Source of the DNA: Acidimicrobiia bacterium
GTDB taxonomy: Bacteria; Actinomycetota; Acidimicrobiia; IMCC26256; Chersky-534
Assembly: GCA_017882925.1 (NCBI GenBank)
Contig: JADGOM010000013.1
Span: forward strand, 1-42,255
Reading direction: 5' to 3'
Length of the DNA: 42,255 bases
Below are positions 16,853 through 25,650 of this stretch, piece by piece; the first letter of the stretch is position 1, and every line of letters begins with the position of its first letter. Both the position numbers and the translations under genes were made by a program. A model generated the notes under the pieces. It made no database searches. It was not told where the DNA came from and was given only the letters and a program-made list of their open reading frames with translations.

Positions 16853-19050
16853 CAGATCCCTTGCGGCGAGAGGAACACCGGGCGCAAGAGGTCGTCGCGC
16901 GTGAGGAGCTCCTCGGTGGGGCCGTCGAACCGCACTTCACCCCGCTCCAGGAAGAACGAGTGCGCGGCGAGACTGAGCGCGAGGTTCACGCTCTGCTCCA
17001 CCAGCAGCACCGTCGTGCCGCTTGCATTGACCCGGCGCACGATGTCGATGAGCTGCTCGACGGTCTTCGGGGCCAGGCCCAGGGTGAGCTCGTCGATCAT
17101 CAGCAGGCGGGGCCGGCTGAGGAGCACCCGGGCCAGGCTCAGCATCTGCTGCTCGCCCCCCGACAGCGCGCCGGCCGGGCGGTCGAGCAGGGGCTCCAGC
17201 GAGGGGAAGGCGTCGATCGCCTCCGCGTAGGCCTCGTCGACCCGGCGCTTGTCCTTGCGCATCGCGTACGACGCCACCCGCAGGTTCTCGCGCACGGTCA
17301 TGCCCGGGAACGTCATCTTCCCGCCCACCAGCAGGCCGGTGTCGAGCTCCAGGATCTGCTCGGCCTCGAGCCACGTGCTGGTGATGCCGAACAGGCGGAT
17401 CGTGCCGCGCGTCGGGTGGTCGAGCCCGGCGATCGCGCGGAGCAGCGTGCTCTTCCCCGCGCCGTTGGTGCCGAGCAGCGCGACGATCTCGCCCTGCTCC
17501 ACGTCGAGGTTGACGTCGAACAGCACCTGGTTGGTGCCGTAGGCGAAGTCGAGGTTGCGGATCTGCAGTGCGGGGATCGCGCCGCCCGCCTGGCGCCGCT
17601 TCGTCTCCTGGTAGCGCTCCAGCACGTCCTCGATCACGAGGGTGATGTCGCGCCGCACGTAGCGGGCCCCGACGATGAGGAGGATGCCGCCGACCACGCA
17701 GACCGGCGCCATGTACGTGAGCGCCACCTTCGGCCCGTGGGTGAAGCCGTTGGCGCTGCTGATCGCGCCGAGGACCACCGCGCCGAAGAAGCCGCCGATC
17801 ACCAGGCCGTAGACCCCGAACAGCGCGAACGCGAGCGTGCGCATCTGGGGCGGCGCGGTGGCGGCGACGGTCTGGAAGATCGCGGTGCCGAGCGGCGCGA
17901 GGCAGCACTCGGCGAGGAACCAGCCCGCGGTGACCATCCAGAGCTCGGGCATGTAGAGCGACGTGACGTAGATGGCCCCGAAGGCCATCAGGCAGCCGCC
18001 GCCGAGGTAGAGCACACTCTCGGGCCGGCGCCGGAACATGCGGTCGCCGACGAAGCCCGCCACCGGGATGATGAGGAAGGCCGAGAGCCCGACGACGAAG
18101 TAGACCTCGGTGCGGCCGCCCACCTTCTGGTGCCACTCGCGGTCGAGGTAGAGCGAGCCGTAGAGCGGGATGCCGAGCCCCACGAAGCCGAGCACGGCCA
18201 CCGCCATGAGCTGGAAGTAGAGGCTGCGGATCCGCAGCAGGCGCTGCACCGCGGCGCCGAACAGCACCTTGGGCGCCGTCTCCTCGGGGCTCTCGGCGTC
18301 GAGCCCCGACTGCTGGAGGATGTGCTCCGACTCGTGCTCACCTCGCTCCGGCTCGCGGAGGCGCAGGATCAGCAGCGCGACCGGGATCCCGAGCAGCGCC
18401 ACCGAGAACGCCCACCGCCAGCTGCCGGTGGCCGCGGCGACCGCGCCCATCAGCGCGAGGCCGAGCGTGCGGGCGAACGGCTCCGCGCCCCGCTTGTAGG
18501 CGACGACCCGGGCCCGGGCCTCAACCGGGTAGTAGTCGGAGAGGTACGAGAGGTGCGTCGTGTCGACCGGCGCCTTGCCGATGCTGGCGGCGATGCCGAG
18601 GATCGCGAACGGCCAGATGTTCTGGACGGTGCCCATGAGCGGCACGACGACGGCGAAGATCAGCAGGGTGACGCCCGCGACCCGGACGCGTGAGCCGCGG
18701 TCGGAGAGGAGCGCGATCGGGAGCCCGACCGCGATCTGGGCCGCGGACGCAGCGAAGATCGCGGCGCCGAGCGCGGCGTCCTTCACGTGGAACGAGCGTT
18801 GGATGTCGGGCGCGAGCACCCCGAGGCCGGCGTCGATCGTGCCGATGATCAACGACGCGAAGAAGAGGACGGTCACCGGCTTGTAGCCGTAGCTCTTGAG
18901 GATGCCGCGGATCGGCGGCGGCTTCCCGACGCCGACCCCGGGCATCAATTGGAGGTCGGCGACGGCCTCCTCCGCATGACTGCTCGACACCGCGGCCTTC
19001 AACAGATCGTCGGGGACCGCGAAATCCAGAAGTGGCTCGTTGTCGGGCAT
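16852..19050 (-). CDS. Fusion protein: N-terminal 12-TM MFS transporter domain (about 480 aa) plus a C-terminal LivF-type ABC ATPase (about 235 aa)
   Basis: MFS motif A LSDRGSRVRVAG and GSWRWAFSVALLGIPVALLILRLREP. Then Walker A GTNGAGKST, signature LSGGEQQML and Walker B LLMIDELTLGLAP (LivF hallmark). Single uninterrupted ORF. Confidence 0.85.
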   Translation of the reverse strand: MPDNEPLLDFAVPDDLLKAAVSSSHAEEAVADLQLMPGVGVGKPPPIRGILKSYGYKPVTVLFFASLIIGTIDAGLGVLAPDIQRSFHVKDAALGAAIFAASAAQIAVGLPIALLSDRGSRVRVAGVTLLIFAVVVPLMGTVQNIWPFAILGIAASIGKAPVDTTHLSYLSDYYPVEARARVVAYKRGAEPFARTLGLALMGAVAAATGSWRWAFSVALLGIPVALLILRLREPERGEHESEHILQQSGLDAESPEETAPKVLFGAAVQRLLRIRSLYFQLMAVAVLGFVGLGIPLYGSLYLDREWHQKVGGRTEVYFVVGLSAFLIIPVAGFVGDRMFRRRPESVLYLGGGCLMAFGAIYVTSLYMPELWMVTAGWFLAECCLAPLGTAIFQTVAATAPPQMRTLAFALFGVYGLVIGGFFGAVVLGAISSANGFTHGPKVALTYMAPVCVVGGILLIVGARYVRRDITLVIEDVLERYQETKRRQAGGAIPALQIRNLDFAYGTNQVLFDVNLDVEQGEIVALLGTNGAGKSTLLRAIAGLDHPTRGTIRLFGITSTWLEAEQILELDTGLLVGGKMTFPGMTVRENLRVASYAMRKDKRRVDEAYAEAIDAFPSLEPLLDRPAGALSGGEQQMLSLARVLLSRPRLLMIDELTLGLAPKTVEQLIDIVRRVNASGTTVLLVEQSVNLALSLAAHSFFLERGEVRFDGPTEELLTRDDLLRPVFLSPQGI

Positions 19051-19098
19051 CTCGGGCCGTCAACCTACGGATGGCCCCTGGTACCGTCAAGGTTCTCC

Positions 19099-19110
19099 GA
19101 CACGCGTGTC
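19099..19110. promoter_or_regulatory. Perfect 12-bp palindrome GACACGCGTGTC in the divergent promoter region; the half-site gcgtgtc is repeated 17 nt downstream (19121..19127)
   Basis: Read directly. Lies between the divergent starts at 19050 (-) and 19206 (+), next to an AT-rich patch agctatttct. Confidence 0.4.
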
Positions 19111-19205
19111 AGCTATTTCTGCGTGTCCCATCTGTGAGTGGTCTGGCCCACACACCGCACGATTTCCGGAGTTCTCCGCGTCGTCCACGAGAGAAGAGCG
19201 GTCCC

Positions 19206-20105
19206 ATGAGAGTCGGCTTCATCGGCCTGGGCGCGATGGGTCTGCCCATGACGCGTCACCTCATCGACGCCGGCCACGACGTGACGGTCGCGTCCCGCAG
19301 CCGCGGCCCGATCGACGCCGCGGTCGCGGCCGGCGCGGTGGATGGTGACGGCCCGGCCGGCGTCGTCGCGGCCAGCGAGGTGACCATCCTCTGCGTGCCC
19401 AACTCGCCCGAGGTGATCGAGGTGCTCGACGCGGCGGAGCCGGTGCTCGACCCGACCAAGCTCATCGTCGACTGCTCGACCATCGCGCCCGACGTCGAGC
19501 AGGAGCAGCACCGGCGGGTGGCGGCCGCGGGCGCGCGCTACCTCGAGGCCCCGCTCTCCGGCGGCACCGCGGGCGCGCAGAAGGGCACCCTCACGCTCAT
19601 GGTGGGCGGCGAGGCGTCCACCCTCGACGCCGCCCGCCCCGCGCTCGACCCGTTCTCGGGACTGATCGTGCACGTGGGCGGCGCGGGCGTCGGGCAGACG
19701 GTGAAGCTCTGCAACCAGCTGATCTACGCCGCGCAGATGGTCGCGGTCTCGGAGGCCACGGTCATGGCGGCCAAGGCGGGCGTCGACCTCGCCCGGCTCT
19801 ACGAAGTGGTCTCGCACGCCACCGGCGACTGCGTCGCGCTGCGCACCCGACTGCCGTTCGAGGGCGTGCTCCCCGACTCACCCGCATCCAACGGCTGGGC
19901 TCCGGGCTTCATGACCGACCTCATGGCCAAGGACGTCGACCTCGCCATCGACTTCGCGGCCCGCAGCGGCAGCCCCGTCTTCACCGCCGGCATCGCGCGC
20001 CAGCTGCTCGGCGCGGCCAGCACCGCGGGCTACGGGCGCGAAGACTTCTCCGCGCTCGCGAAGGTGCTGCGCGACATGGCTGGCGTCGAGTGGTCAACGT
20101 CCTAA
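19206..20105 (+). CDS. NAD(P)-dependent 3-hydroxyisobutyrate dehydrogenase / tartronate semialdehyde reductase family oxidoreductase
   Basis: MRVGFIGLGAMGLPM Rossmann start and the LEAPLSGG, MVGG and GAGVGQTVKLCNQ motifs. The start is taken at internal ATG 19206 of the track ORF. Confidence 0.85.
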   Translation: MRVGFIGLGAMGLPMTRHLIDAGHDVTVASRSRGPIDAAVAAGAVDGDGPAGVVAASEVTILCVPNSPEVIEVLDAAEPVLDPTKLIVDCSTIAPDVEQEQHRRVAAAGARYLEAPLSGGTAGAQKGTLTLMVGGEASTLDAARPALDPFSGLIVHVGGAGVGQTVKLCNQLIYAAQMVAVSEATVMAAKAGVDLARLYEVVSHATGDCVALRTRLPFEGVLPDSPASNGWAPGFMTDLMAKDVDLAIDFAARSGSPVFTAGIARQLLGAASTAGYGREDFSALAKVLRDMAGVEWSTS

Positions 20106-21517
20106 CCCTCGATCTGGGGACCGGCGCGACCAAGGCCGCGCTGTGGGACGGCCGCGAGCTCGTCACCATCGGCCGCGCGGGGATCGAGTCGCGTCACCCG
20201 CACACCGGATGGGTCGAGCAGGATCCGCAGCGGTGGTGGACGGCGGTCGTCGAGGCGTGCGCGGCGGCCCGGGCCGAGGCCCCGGCCGCGTGGGACCGGA
20301 TCGACGCGGTGGGGTTCTCCGCCGCGCGCGAGACCTTCGCCCTGTTCGACGCGACGCTCGCCCCGATCGGCCGCGGGATCGTGTGGTCGGACGCCCGCGC
20401 CGACGACCAGCTCGCCGCGCTGGGGCCGCCCGCCGCGTTCCGCGCCCACACCGGCGTCGTCGCGGGGGCCAACACCACCGTCGCGAAGCTGCTCTGGCTG
20501 ACCCGGCACGCGCCCGAGCTGGTGACGCCGGCCCGTTGGGCGCTCGCGCCGCGCGACTGGGTGCAGGCGAAGCTCACCGGGGCCGTGGTCACCGACCCGA
20601 CGCTCGCGTCGCGCACCGGCCTCTACGCGATCGACGGCCGCGTGGCCGACGTCGTGCCGCCCGCGATCGAGACGCTCCTGCCGCCGACCCGGCCGTCGTC
20701 GTCGAGCGCGCCCGCGGTCGGCACCGACGCGTGCGCGGCGCTCGCGCTCCCGATCGGCACACCCGTCGTGCTCGGCGCCGGCGACCGGCCGTGTGAGGTG
20801 CTCGGCGCCGGCGCCACCGCCCAGGAACCGATGGTCTCGTGGGGCACCACCGCCAACGTCTCGATGCCGCACGCCGGGCCGATCGGTCGGCTGCCGGCCG
20901 TCGCCACCGTCTCGCGCGGCGCGCGCGACGGCTACCTGGTGGAGTGCGGGCTCTCGGCGAGCGGCGCGGCGATCGCGTGGCTCGGCCGCCTGTCCGGTCG
21001 CGAGCACGACGAGCTGCTCGACGCCGCCGCGCATGTCGCGCCCGGATGCGACGGCCTGTTCGCGCTGCCGTGGCTGCACGGCGCCCGCGCCCCGTGGTTC
21101 CGACCCGACGCGCACGCCGCGTTCTTCGGCATCGACGCGGGGCACGGCGCGCCCGAGATGGCGCGGGCCATCGTCGAGGCCGTCGCGCTCGACGCGGCCC
21201 GCAGCATCGAGCTCATCGCACCCGGGGCGAGCGCGTTGGCACTCGCCGGCGCCGGCAGCGCGCGGCCCCTGTGGCGCCAGACGCTCGCCGCGGCCGCCGG
21301 GCTGCCCGTCGTCCGCCGCGCGGTCGACGACGCGGCCTCGGTCGGGGCCCGGCTCCTGGTGGCCGACGCGCTCGGCGAGTCGATCGCGGTGGGCGACCTC
21401 AATCCGGTCACCGCCCGCGAAGCCCCCGATCCGGCGCTGGCCCCGGTGCTCGCCACCGTTCGCCGTCGCTCGGACAGGGAGGCCGCGGCGATCCTCGGGG
21501 CCCCTGCGGGGGGATGA
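20090..21517 (+). CDS. FGGY-family carbohydrate kinase (xylulokinase-like)
   Basis: LTLDLGTGATKAAL N-terminal phosphate-1 motif and EQDP...WW. The GTG start overlaps the upstream gene by 16 nt. Confidence 0.8.
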   Translation: MVNVLTLDLGTGATKAALWDGRELVTIGRAGIESRHPHTGWVEQDPQRWWTAVVEACAAARAEAPAAWDRIDAVGFSAARETFALFDATLAPIGRGIVWSDARADDQLAALGPPAAFRAHTGVVAGANTTVAKLLWLTRHAPELVTPARWALAPRDWVQAKLTGAVVTDPTLASRTGLYAIDGRVADVVPPAIETLLPPTRPSSSSAPAVGTDACAALALPIGTPVVLGAGDRPCEVLGAGATAQEPMVSWGTTANVSMPHAGPIGRLPAVATVSRGARDGYLVECGLSASGAAIAWLGRLSGREHDELLDAAAHVAPGCDGLFALPWLHGARAPWFRPDAHAAFFGIDAGHGAPEMARAIVEAVALDAARSIELIAPGASALALAGAGSARPLWRQTLAAAAGLPVVRRAVDDAASVGARLLVADALGESIAVGDLNPVTAREAPDPALAPVLATVRRRSDREAAAILGAPAGG

Positions 21518-21578
21518 CCCGAGGGTTGACACCGCCGTCCCGCGGCTCGGGTCGAGGCGATCGGGGTAGGTCTCCAGT

Positions 21579-21797
21579 ATGGCCTACGACGTGCAGGCGA
21601 CGTACCGCGTCGAGATGCAACCCGACCGTGACGGCTGGATCGTGCGTCTGCCCGATCTCGCGTACCCGCAGATCTGGTGCCTCACCCGGGCCGAGGTCCC
21701 CGATCGCGTGCGGCGGATCGTCCGCAACACGCTCCGGGCCGGCAACGACGACTTCGACCTCGCCATCACCGAACGCCCCCGCCTCTTGCAGTCCTAG
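21579..21797 (+). CDS. Small HicB-like / UPF0150-like protein (72 aa), no partner toxin seen
   Basis: Pattern YRVEMQPDRDGWIVRLPDL...TRAEVPDRVRRIVRNTL resembles the HicB N-terminal fold. High GC3. Confidence 0.4.
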   Translation: MAYDVQATYRVEMQPDRDGWIVRLPDLAYPQIWCLTRAEVPDRVRRIVRNTLRAGNDDFDLAITERPRLLQS

Positions 21798-21838
21798 TGC
21801 GTCCCACGACGACGCATACGGTCGTCAGGAGACGCACT
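21796..21838. terminator. Nested inverted repeats between convergent genes (outer agtgcgtc/gacgcact 8 bp; inner gacgac/gtcgtc 6 bp)
   Basis: Read directly. Overlaps both stop codons (21795..21797 and 21837..21839). Confidence 0.5.
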
Positions 21839-22313
21839 ACGGGTTGTGCTTGTCGGCGAGCCAGGCGGGGATGCCCTGCTCGTAGTGGGTGCGGTTGTCG
21901 CGGGCGATCGAGCGGGCCAGGTTGCGGCCGATCAGGAGGTCGACGACCGGGTTCTTCACGTGCACCTGCTCGCGGAAGTGCAGGCGGGTCTTCCCGTTGC
22001 CCAGGTCCTCGAGCCGGGTCCAACCGGTGGCCACACCGAACGGCGGCTTGAAGACCGCGTCGTAGCGCCACGACACCGGGGCGACGGCCTCGGTGATCCA
22101 CTCCCAGCTCTGCGCCCGCCCGCCCGAGAGCAGGTACCTCGGCGCCGGGTAGTGCACGTGGCGGACCATGCCGTTGGCCGCGTCGTCGCCGGGAGTGAGG
22201 ATCTCCACCTGCACCGCGTCGGTCTGCACCCCTTGGCGGTGGTGTTCGAGGAAGACGTCCCAGATCTCCCGGGGCGTGGCGTCGATCTCGAACGAGAACT
22301 CGTACTCGTGCAC
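21837..22313 (-). CDS. SRPBCC (START/polyketide cyclase-like) family protein
   Basis: N-terminus HEYEFSFEIDATPREIWDVF is typical of SRPBCC proteins. GTG 22313 is preceded by AGAGGA at 6 nt. The upstream part of the 214-aa track ORF was rejected. Confidence 0.7.
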   Translation of the reverse strand: MHEYEFSFEIDATPREIWDVFLEHHRQGVQTDAVQVEILTPGDDAANGMVRHVHYPAPRYLLSGGRAQSWEWITEAVAPVSWRYDAVFKPPFGVATGWTRLEDLGNGKTRLHFREQVHVKNPVVDLLIGRNLARSIARDNRTHYEQGIPAWLADKHNP

Positions 22314-22430
22314 GGACGATCCTCTCCCGTCGGGCGTGGCGGCACGACGATACCGAGCCGCGGGCCGCGCGGTTCTCCCGCCGTCGGCGCGTGGCCCATG
22401 ATGGCGGCAGCCGACCCCAGGAGCCTCGCG

Positions 22431-23651
22431 ATGGCAGCACCGAATCCCGTCCGCCTCCCGATCATCGATGCCGACGGGCACGTGATGGAGCCGTTCGCGA
22501 TGTGGCAGGAGCGACTACCCGAGCAGTACCGCGAGCTCGCGTGGAAGCGGGTCGTCGGGCCCGATGCCGAGAAGGTCCACTTCATGGGCAACCCGACGAG
22601 CTTCGAGTGGACCGTCGGCTCGCTCTGCACCCCGGGCTCACTGTCGCCGAACGGGCGCCTCGACTACGACCTCGACGCCGACGTGGACCGCGGGGTCGAC
22701 GACCCGGTCCGCAGGCTCGCGCTCATGGACGAGCAGGGCGTCGCGGTCAGCGTGCTCTTCCCCACCATGACCCTCGGCCTCGACGACCTCGACGACATCG
22801 GCTTCCGGCTTGCGTACGCCCGCGCCTACAACGAGTGGATCGAGGAGTTCTGCGCGGCCGACCCGGTCCGCCTCCGGTGGGCGGCGGTGATACCGCTGGC
22901 CGACACCGACTGGGCCGTGGCCGAGATCGAGCGCTGCGCCGCGGCCGGCTGCACGACGGTGATGCTCTCCCCCGTCCCGACGCCGGCCGGCCACAACCTC
23001 GGCGCGACGGAGTTCGACCCGGCCTGGGCCGCGATCGTCGCCGCGGGCATCCCCGCGGTCGTGCACGCCGCGAACCCGGCGAGCAGGTCGCTCGGCATGA
23101 GCCACCTCTGGGCCAACCGCACGCAGTGGCAGATGAGCGTGCCGTTCCAACTCGCGATCGGCGTCATGTACGTGATCGACGGCGGAGTGCTCGAGCGCTT
23201 CCCCGACCTCGAGGTCGGCTTCTTCGAGGGTGACGTCGGCTGGCTGCCGCAGTGGATCGGCCGACTCGACGAGACGTACCGGAAGATGGCGCTCGTCTCG
23301 ACGGCTCCCTCCCGAAGCGCCCTCGAGCAGTTCCGGGCGCAGTGCACGATCTCGGGTGAGCCCGCCGACCTGGGCCTCGCGCTCACCGCCGGGCTCGTGG
23401 GCGCCGACCGCGTGCTCTGGGCGTCCGACTGGCCGCACCAGGACGGCGCGTGGCCCGACCCCATCGTCATCCTGCGCGACCGCGACGACCTCACCGACGC
23501 GCAGAAGCGGGCGATGTTCGTCGGCGGCCCCGCGCGCTTCTACCGCATCGACGTCGACCGGGTGCTCGAGCATCTCGGCGCCGGCTGGTCGCGGGAGGCC
23601 GATCTCGCGGCCATCCCGGCGATGCTCCCGGTCGACGCGGTGGCCGTCTGA
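22431..23651 (+). CDS. Amidohydrolase-2 (PF04909, ACMSD-like metal-dependent hydrolase/decarboxylase) family protein
   Basis: IIDADGHVMEP start motif and SDWPHQDG C-terminal metal ligand region. AGGAG lies 7 nt upstream of ATG 22431. The earlier part of the 601-aa track ORF is antisense to the SRPBCC gene. Confidence 0.8.
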   Translation: MAAPNPVRLPIIDADGHVMEPFAMWQERLPEQYRELAWKRVVGPDAEKVHFMGNPTSFEWTVGSLCTPGSLSPNGRLDYDLDADVDRGVDDPVRRLALMDEQGVAVSVLFPTMTLGLDDLDDIGFRLAYARAYNEWIEEFCAADPVRLRWAAVIPLADTDWAVAEIERCAAAGCTTVMLSPVPTPAGHNLGATEFDPAWAAIVAAGIPAVVHAANPASRSLGMSHLWANRTQWQMSVPFQLAIGVMYVIDGGVLERFPDLEVGFFEGDVGWLPQWIGRLDETYRKMALVSTAPSRSALEQFRAQCTISGEPADLGLALTAGLVGADRVLWASDWPHQDGAWPDPIVILRDRDDLTDAQKRAMFVGGPARFYRIDVDRVLEHLGAGWSREADLAAIPAMLPVDAVAV

Positions 23652-25372
23652 TGGCCGGCTCCACGCACGACCTCGTGATCCGCGGCGCGCTCGTCGTCGA
23701 CGGGACCGGCGCGCCGGGCCGGGAGGCCGACGTCGCGGTGGACGCGGGCCGCATCACCCACGTCGGCCCGGTGCCGGGATCCGGCGCCGAAGAGCTCGAC
23801 GGCCGCGGCCAGGTGCTCGCGCCCGGGTTCATCGACCCGCACACCCACCTCGACGCCAACCTCTTCTGGGACCCCGACGTCACGCCGAGCTCCTCCTACG
23901 GCGTCACGACGGTGGTCACCGGCAACTGCGGCTACGCCCTCGCCCCGGTGGAGAACGACGCCGCGCGCGACTACGTCATCGACGCGATGAGCACGGTGGA
24001 GCAGATCCCACGCGTGGCCATCGAGACCGGCGTGCCGTTCGACTGGTCGAGCCTCGCCGACTACTTCGAGCGGATCGCCCGGCTCCCGCTGCTCGTCAAC
24101 TTCGCGACGTTGCTCGGGCACGTGCCGATCCGCACCGCGGTGATGGGACCCGTCGCCGCCCGCGAGCGCGTCGCCACGCCCGAAGAGCTCGCCCAGATCG
24201 TCGAGCTCGTGCGCAGCGGTCTCGACCTCGGGGCGATCGGGTTCTCCACCGACCAGTGCGTCGGCAACTACGGCCCGCGGGGCACCGCCCTGCCCGGGCA
24301 GGTCTGCGGCGAGGAGGAGCTGCTCGCGATCGCGGCCGCGCTCGGCGAGTCGACCGGTCCCGGCCTCATGACGATGGTCCCGGCCGCGCTGCTGCAGGGC
24401 CGGCCCGAGCGGGCCGCCGACGTCGAGTGGCACGTGCGCCTCGCGGCCGCGAGCGGCCGCCCGGTCGTCGTCGGGCCCGTGTTCGACCGCTGGTTCGACC
24501 TCGGCGTCGGCCTCGACTTCGTGGGTGCCACCGCGGCCGCCTCCTCGCCCGGCGCGCAGGTCGTCCCCCAGATCTCGACCCGCATCTTCGAGCTCTGGTC
24601 GCGCGTCGACATGCCCGGCCTCCTGGTGCGGGCGATGCCGACGTTGGGACGCGCGGTCAGCGCCGACGGCGCCGACGGGGTGCGCCGTCTGGCCGCCGAC
24701 ACCTCCGCCCGCGAGCAGCTCCGGATCGAGGGCGACACCGTGACGCCCAACCCGGTCTGGTCGGGCAAGTGGGAGCACGTGCGGCTGCGGTGGTCGCCGT
24801 CGCGCCCCGACCTCCACGGGCTCACGGTGCGCGAGATCGCGGAGCTCCTCGGCACCCACCCGACCGACGTGCTGCTCGACCTCGGCGTCGCCGACGCGTT
24901 CGAGACCCAGTTCGCGGCCGAGATGGCCAACGGCGACGACGAGCAGGTCGGGCGGATGGTCGCGCATCCCGACGCGATGATCGGCGCGTCCGATGCCGGC
25001 GCCCACGTCCTCGCCAACACCGACTCCTGCTACGCGGTCTGGACGCTCCAGCACTGGGTGCGCGAGCGCGGCGTGATCACGCTCGAGCAGGCGATCCGCA
25101 AGCTCACGCGCGATCAGGCCCAGCTCCTCGGCCTCCACGACCGCGGCCAGGTCGCGGTGGGGCTCGCGGCCGACCTCGTGCTGTTCGACCCCGACCGCGT
25201 GGGCACCACGGGCGTCCACTTCCTCGACGACCAGCCCGCGGGCGGCCGGCGCCTCGTCACCGAGGCCACCGGCGTGAGCGCGTCGGTGGTCAACGGCGTG
25301 GTGGCCACGCGCGACGGCGTCTCGACCGGCGCCCGCTCCGGCACGTTCCTCCGCCCCGGCCTGACCGGCTGA
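23651..25372 (+). CDS. N-acyl-D-amino-acid deacylase (D-aminoacylase) family amidohydrolase
   Basis: DLVIRGALVVDGTG, APGFIDPHTHLD and SDAGAH motifs. The ATG shares one base with the upstream TGA. Confidence 0.85.
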   Translation: MAGSTHDLVIRGALVVDGTGAPGREADVAVDAGRITHVGPVPGSGAEELDGRGQVLAPGFIDPHTHLDANLFWDPDVTPSSSYGVTTVVTGNCGYALAPVENDAARDYVIDAMSTVEQIPRVAIETGVPFDWSSLADYFERIARLPLLVNFATLLGHVPIRTAVMGPVAARERVATPEELAQIVELVRSGLDLGAIGFSTDQCVGNYGPRGTALPGQVCGEEELLAIAAALGESTGPGLMTMVPAALLQGRPERAADVEWHVRLAAASGRPVVVGPVFDRWFDLGVGLDFVGATAAASSPGAQVVPQISTRIFELWSRVDMPGLLVRAMPTLGRAVSADGADGVRRLAADTSAREQLRIEGDTVTPNPVWSGKWEHVRLRWSPSRPDLHGLTVREIAELLGTHPTDVLLDLGVADAFETQFAAEMANGDDEQVGRMVAHPDAMIGASDAGAHVLANTDSCYAVWTLQHWVRERGVITLEQAIRKLTRDQAQLLGLHDRGQVAVGLAADLVLFDPDRVGTTGVHFLDDQPAGGRRLVTEATGVSASVVNGVVATRDGVSTGARSGTFLRPGLTG

Positions 25373-25391
25373 CCCGAAGACCCCCGGGTGG

Positions 25392-25601
25392 TCAGGCCTG
25401 GGCGACGAGTTGGAAGACGGCGAACAGCACGAAGAGCGTGCCGACGATCCGGTACGCCACCGGCTGCTGGTAGACGCCGACGAACGAGCCGGGGTCGTCC
25501 CCGTGCGTCCGGGACCGGACCCACGCGGCGACGCGCTCGGCCCGCACGATCAGCAACATGCCGACCACCGCTTCCACGACGGCGACCAACCCGACGACCA
25601 C
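25392..25601 (-). CDS. Small hypothetical membrane protein (69 aa, two predicted TM helices)
   Basis: Hydrophobic segments VVGLVAVVEAVVGMLLIV and IVGTLFVLFAVFQLVA. High GC3. GGAGG lies about 9 nt upstream of the GTG. Confidence 0.5.
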   Translation of the reverse strand: MVVGLVAVVEAVVGMLLIVRAERVAAWVRSRTHGDDPGSFVGVYQQPVAYRIVGTLFVLFAVFQLVAQA

Positions 25602-25650
25602 TGTGACCTGCCTCCGCGAAGCTGCGAACCGACGCGCTACGGCGACGACG

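Noticed and set aside
14943-16940. 665-aa minus-strand ORF overlapping the LivHM permease in another frame
   Set aside because: The frame 14705..16852 gives a coherent polytopic Liv permease, while this frame gives Arg/Pro/Gly-rich sequence.
25511-25530. Additional DosR-like box at gggaccggaccc
   Set aside because: It lacks the TT and the correct GGGAC-N6-CCC spacing. It also lies inside the small membrane protein CDS.
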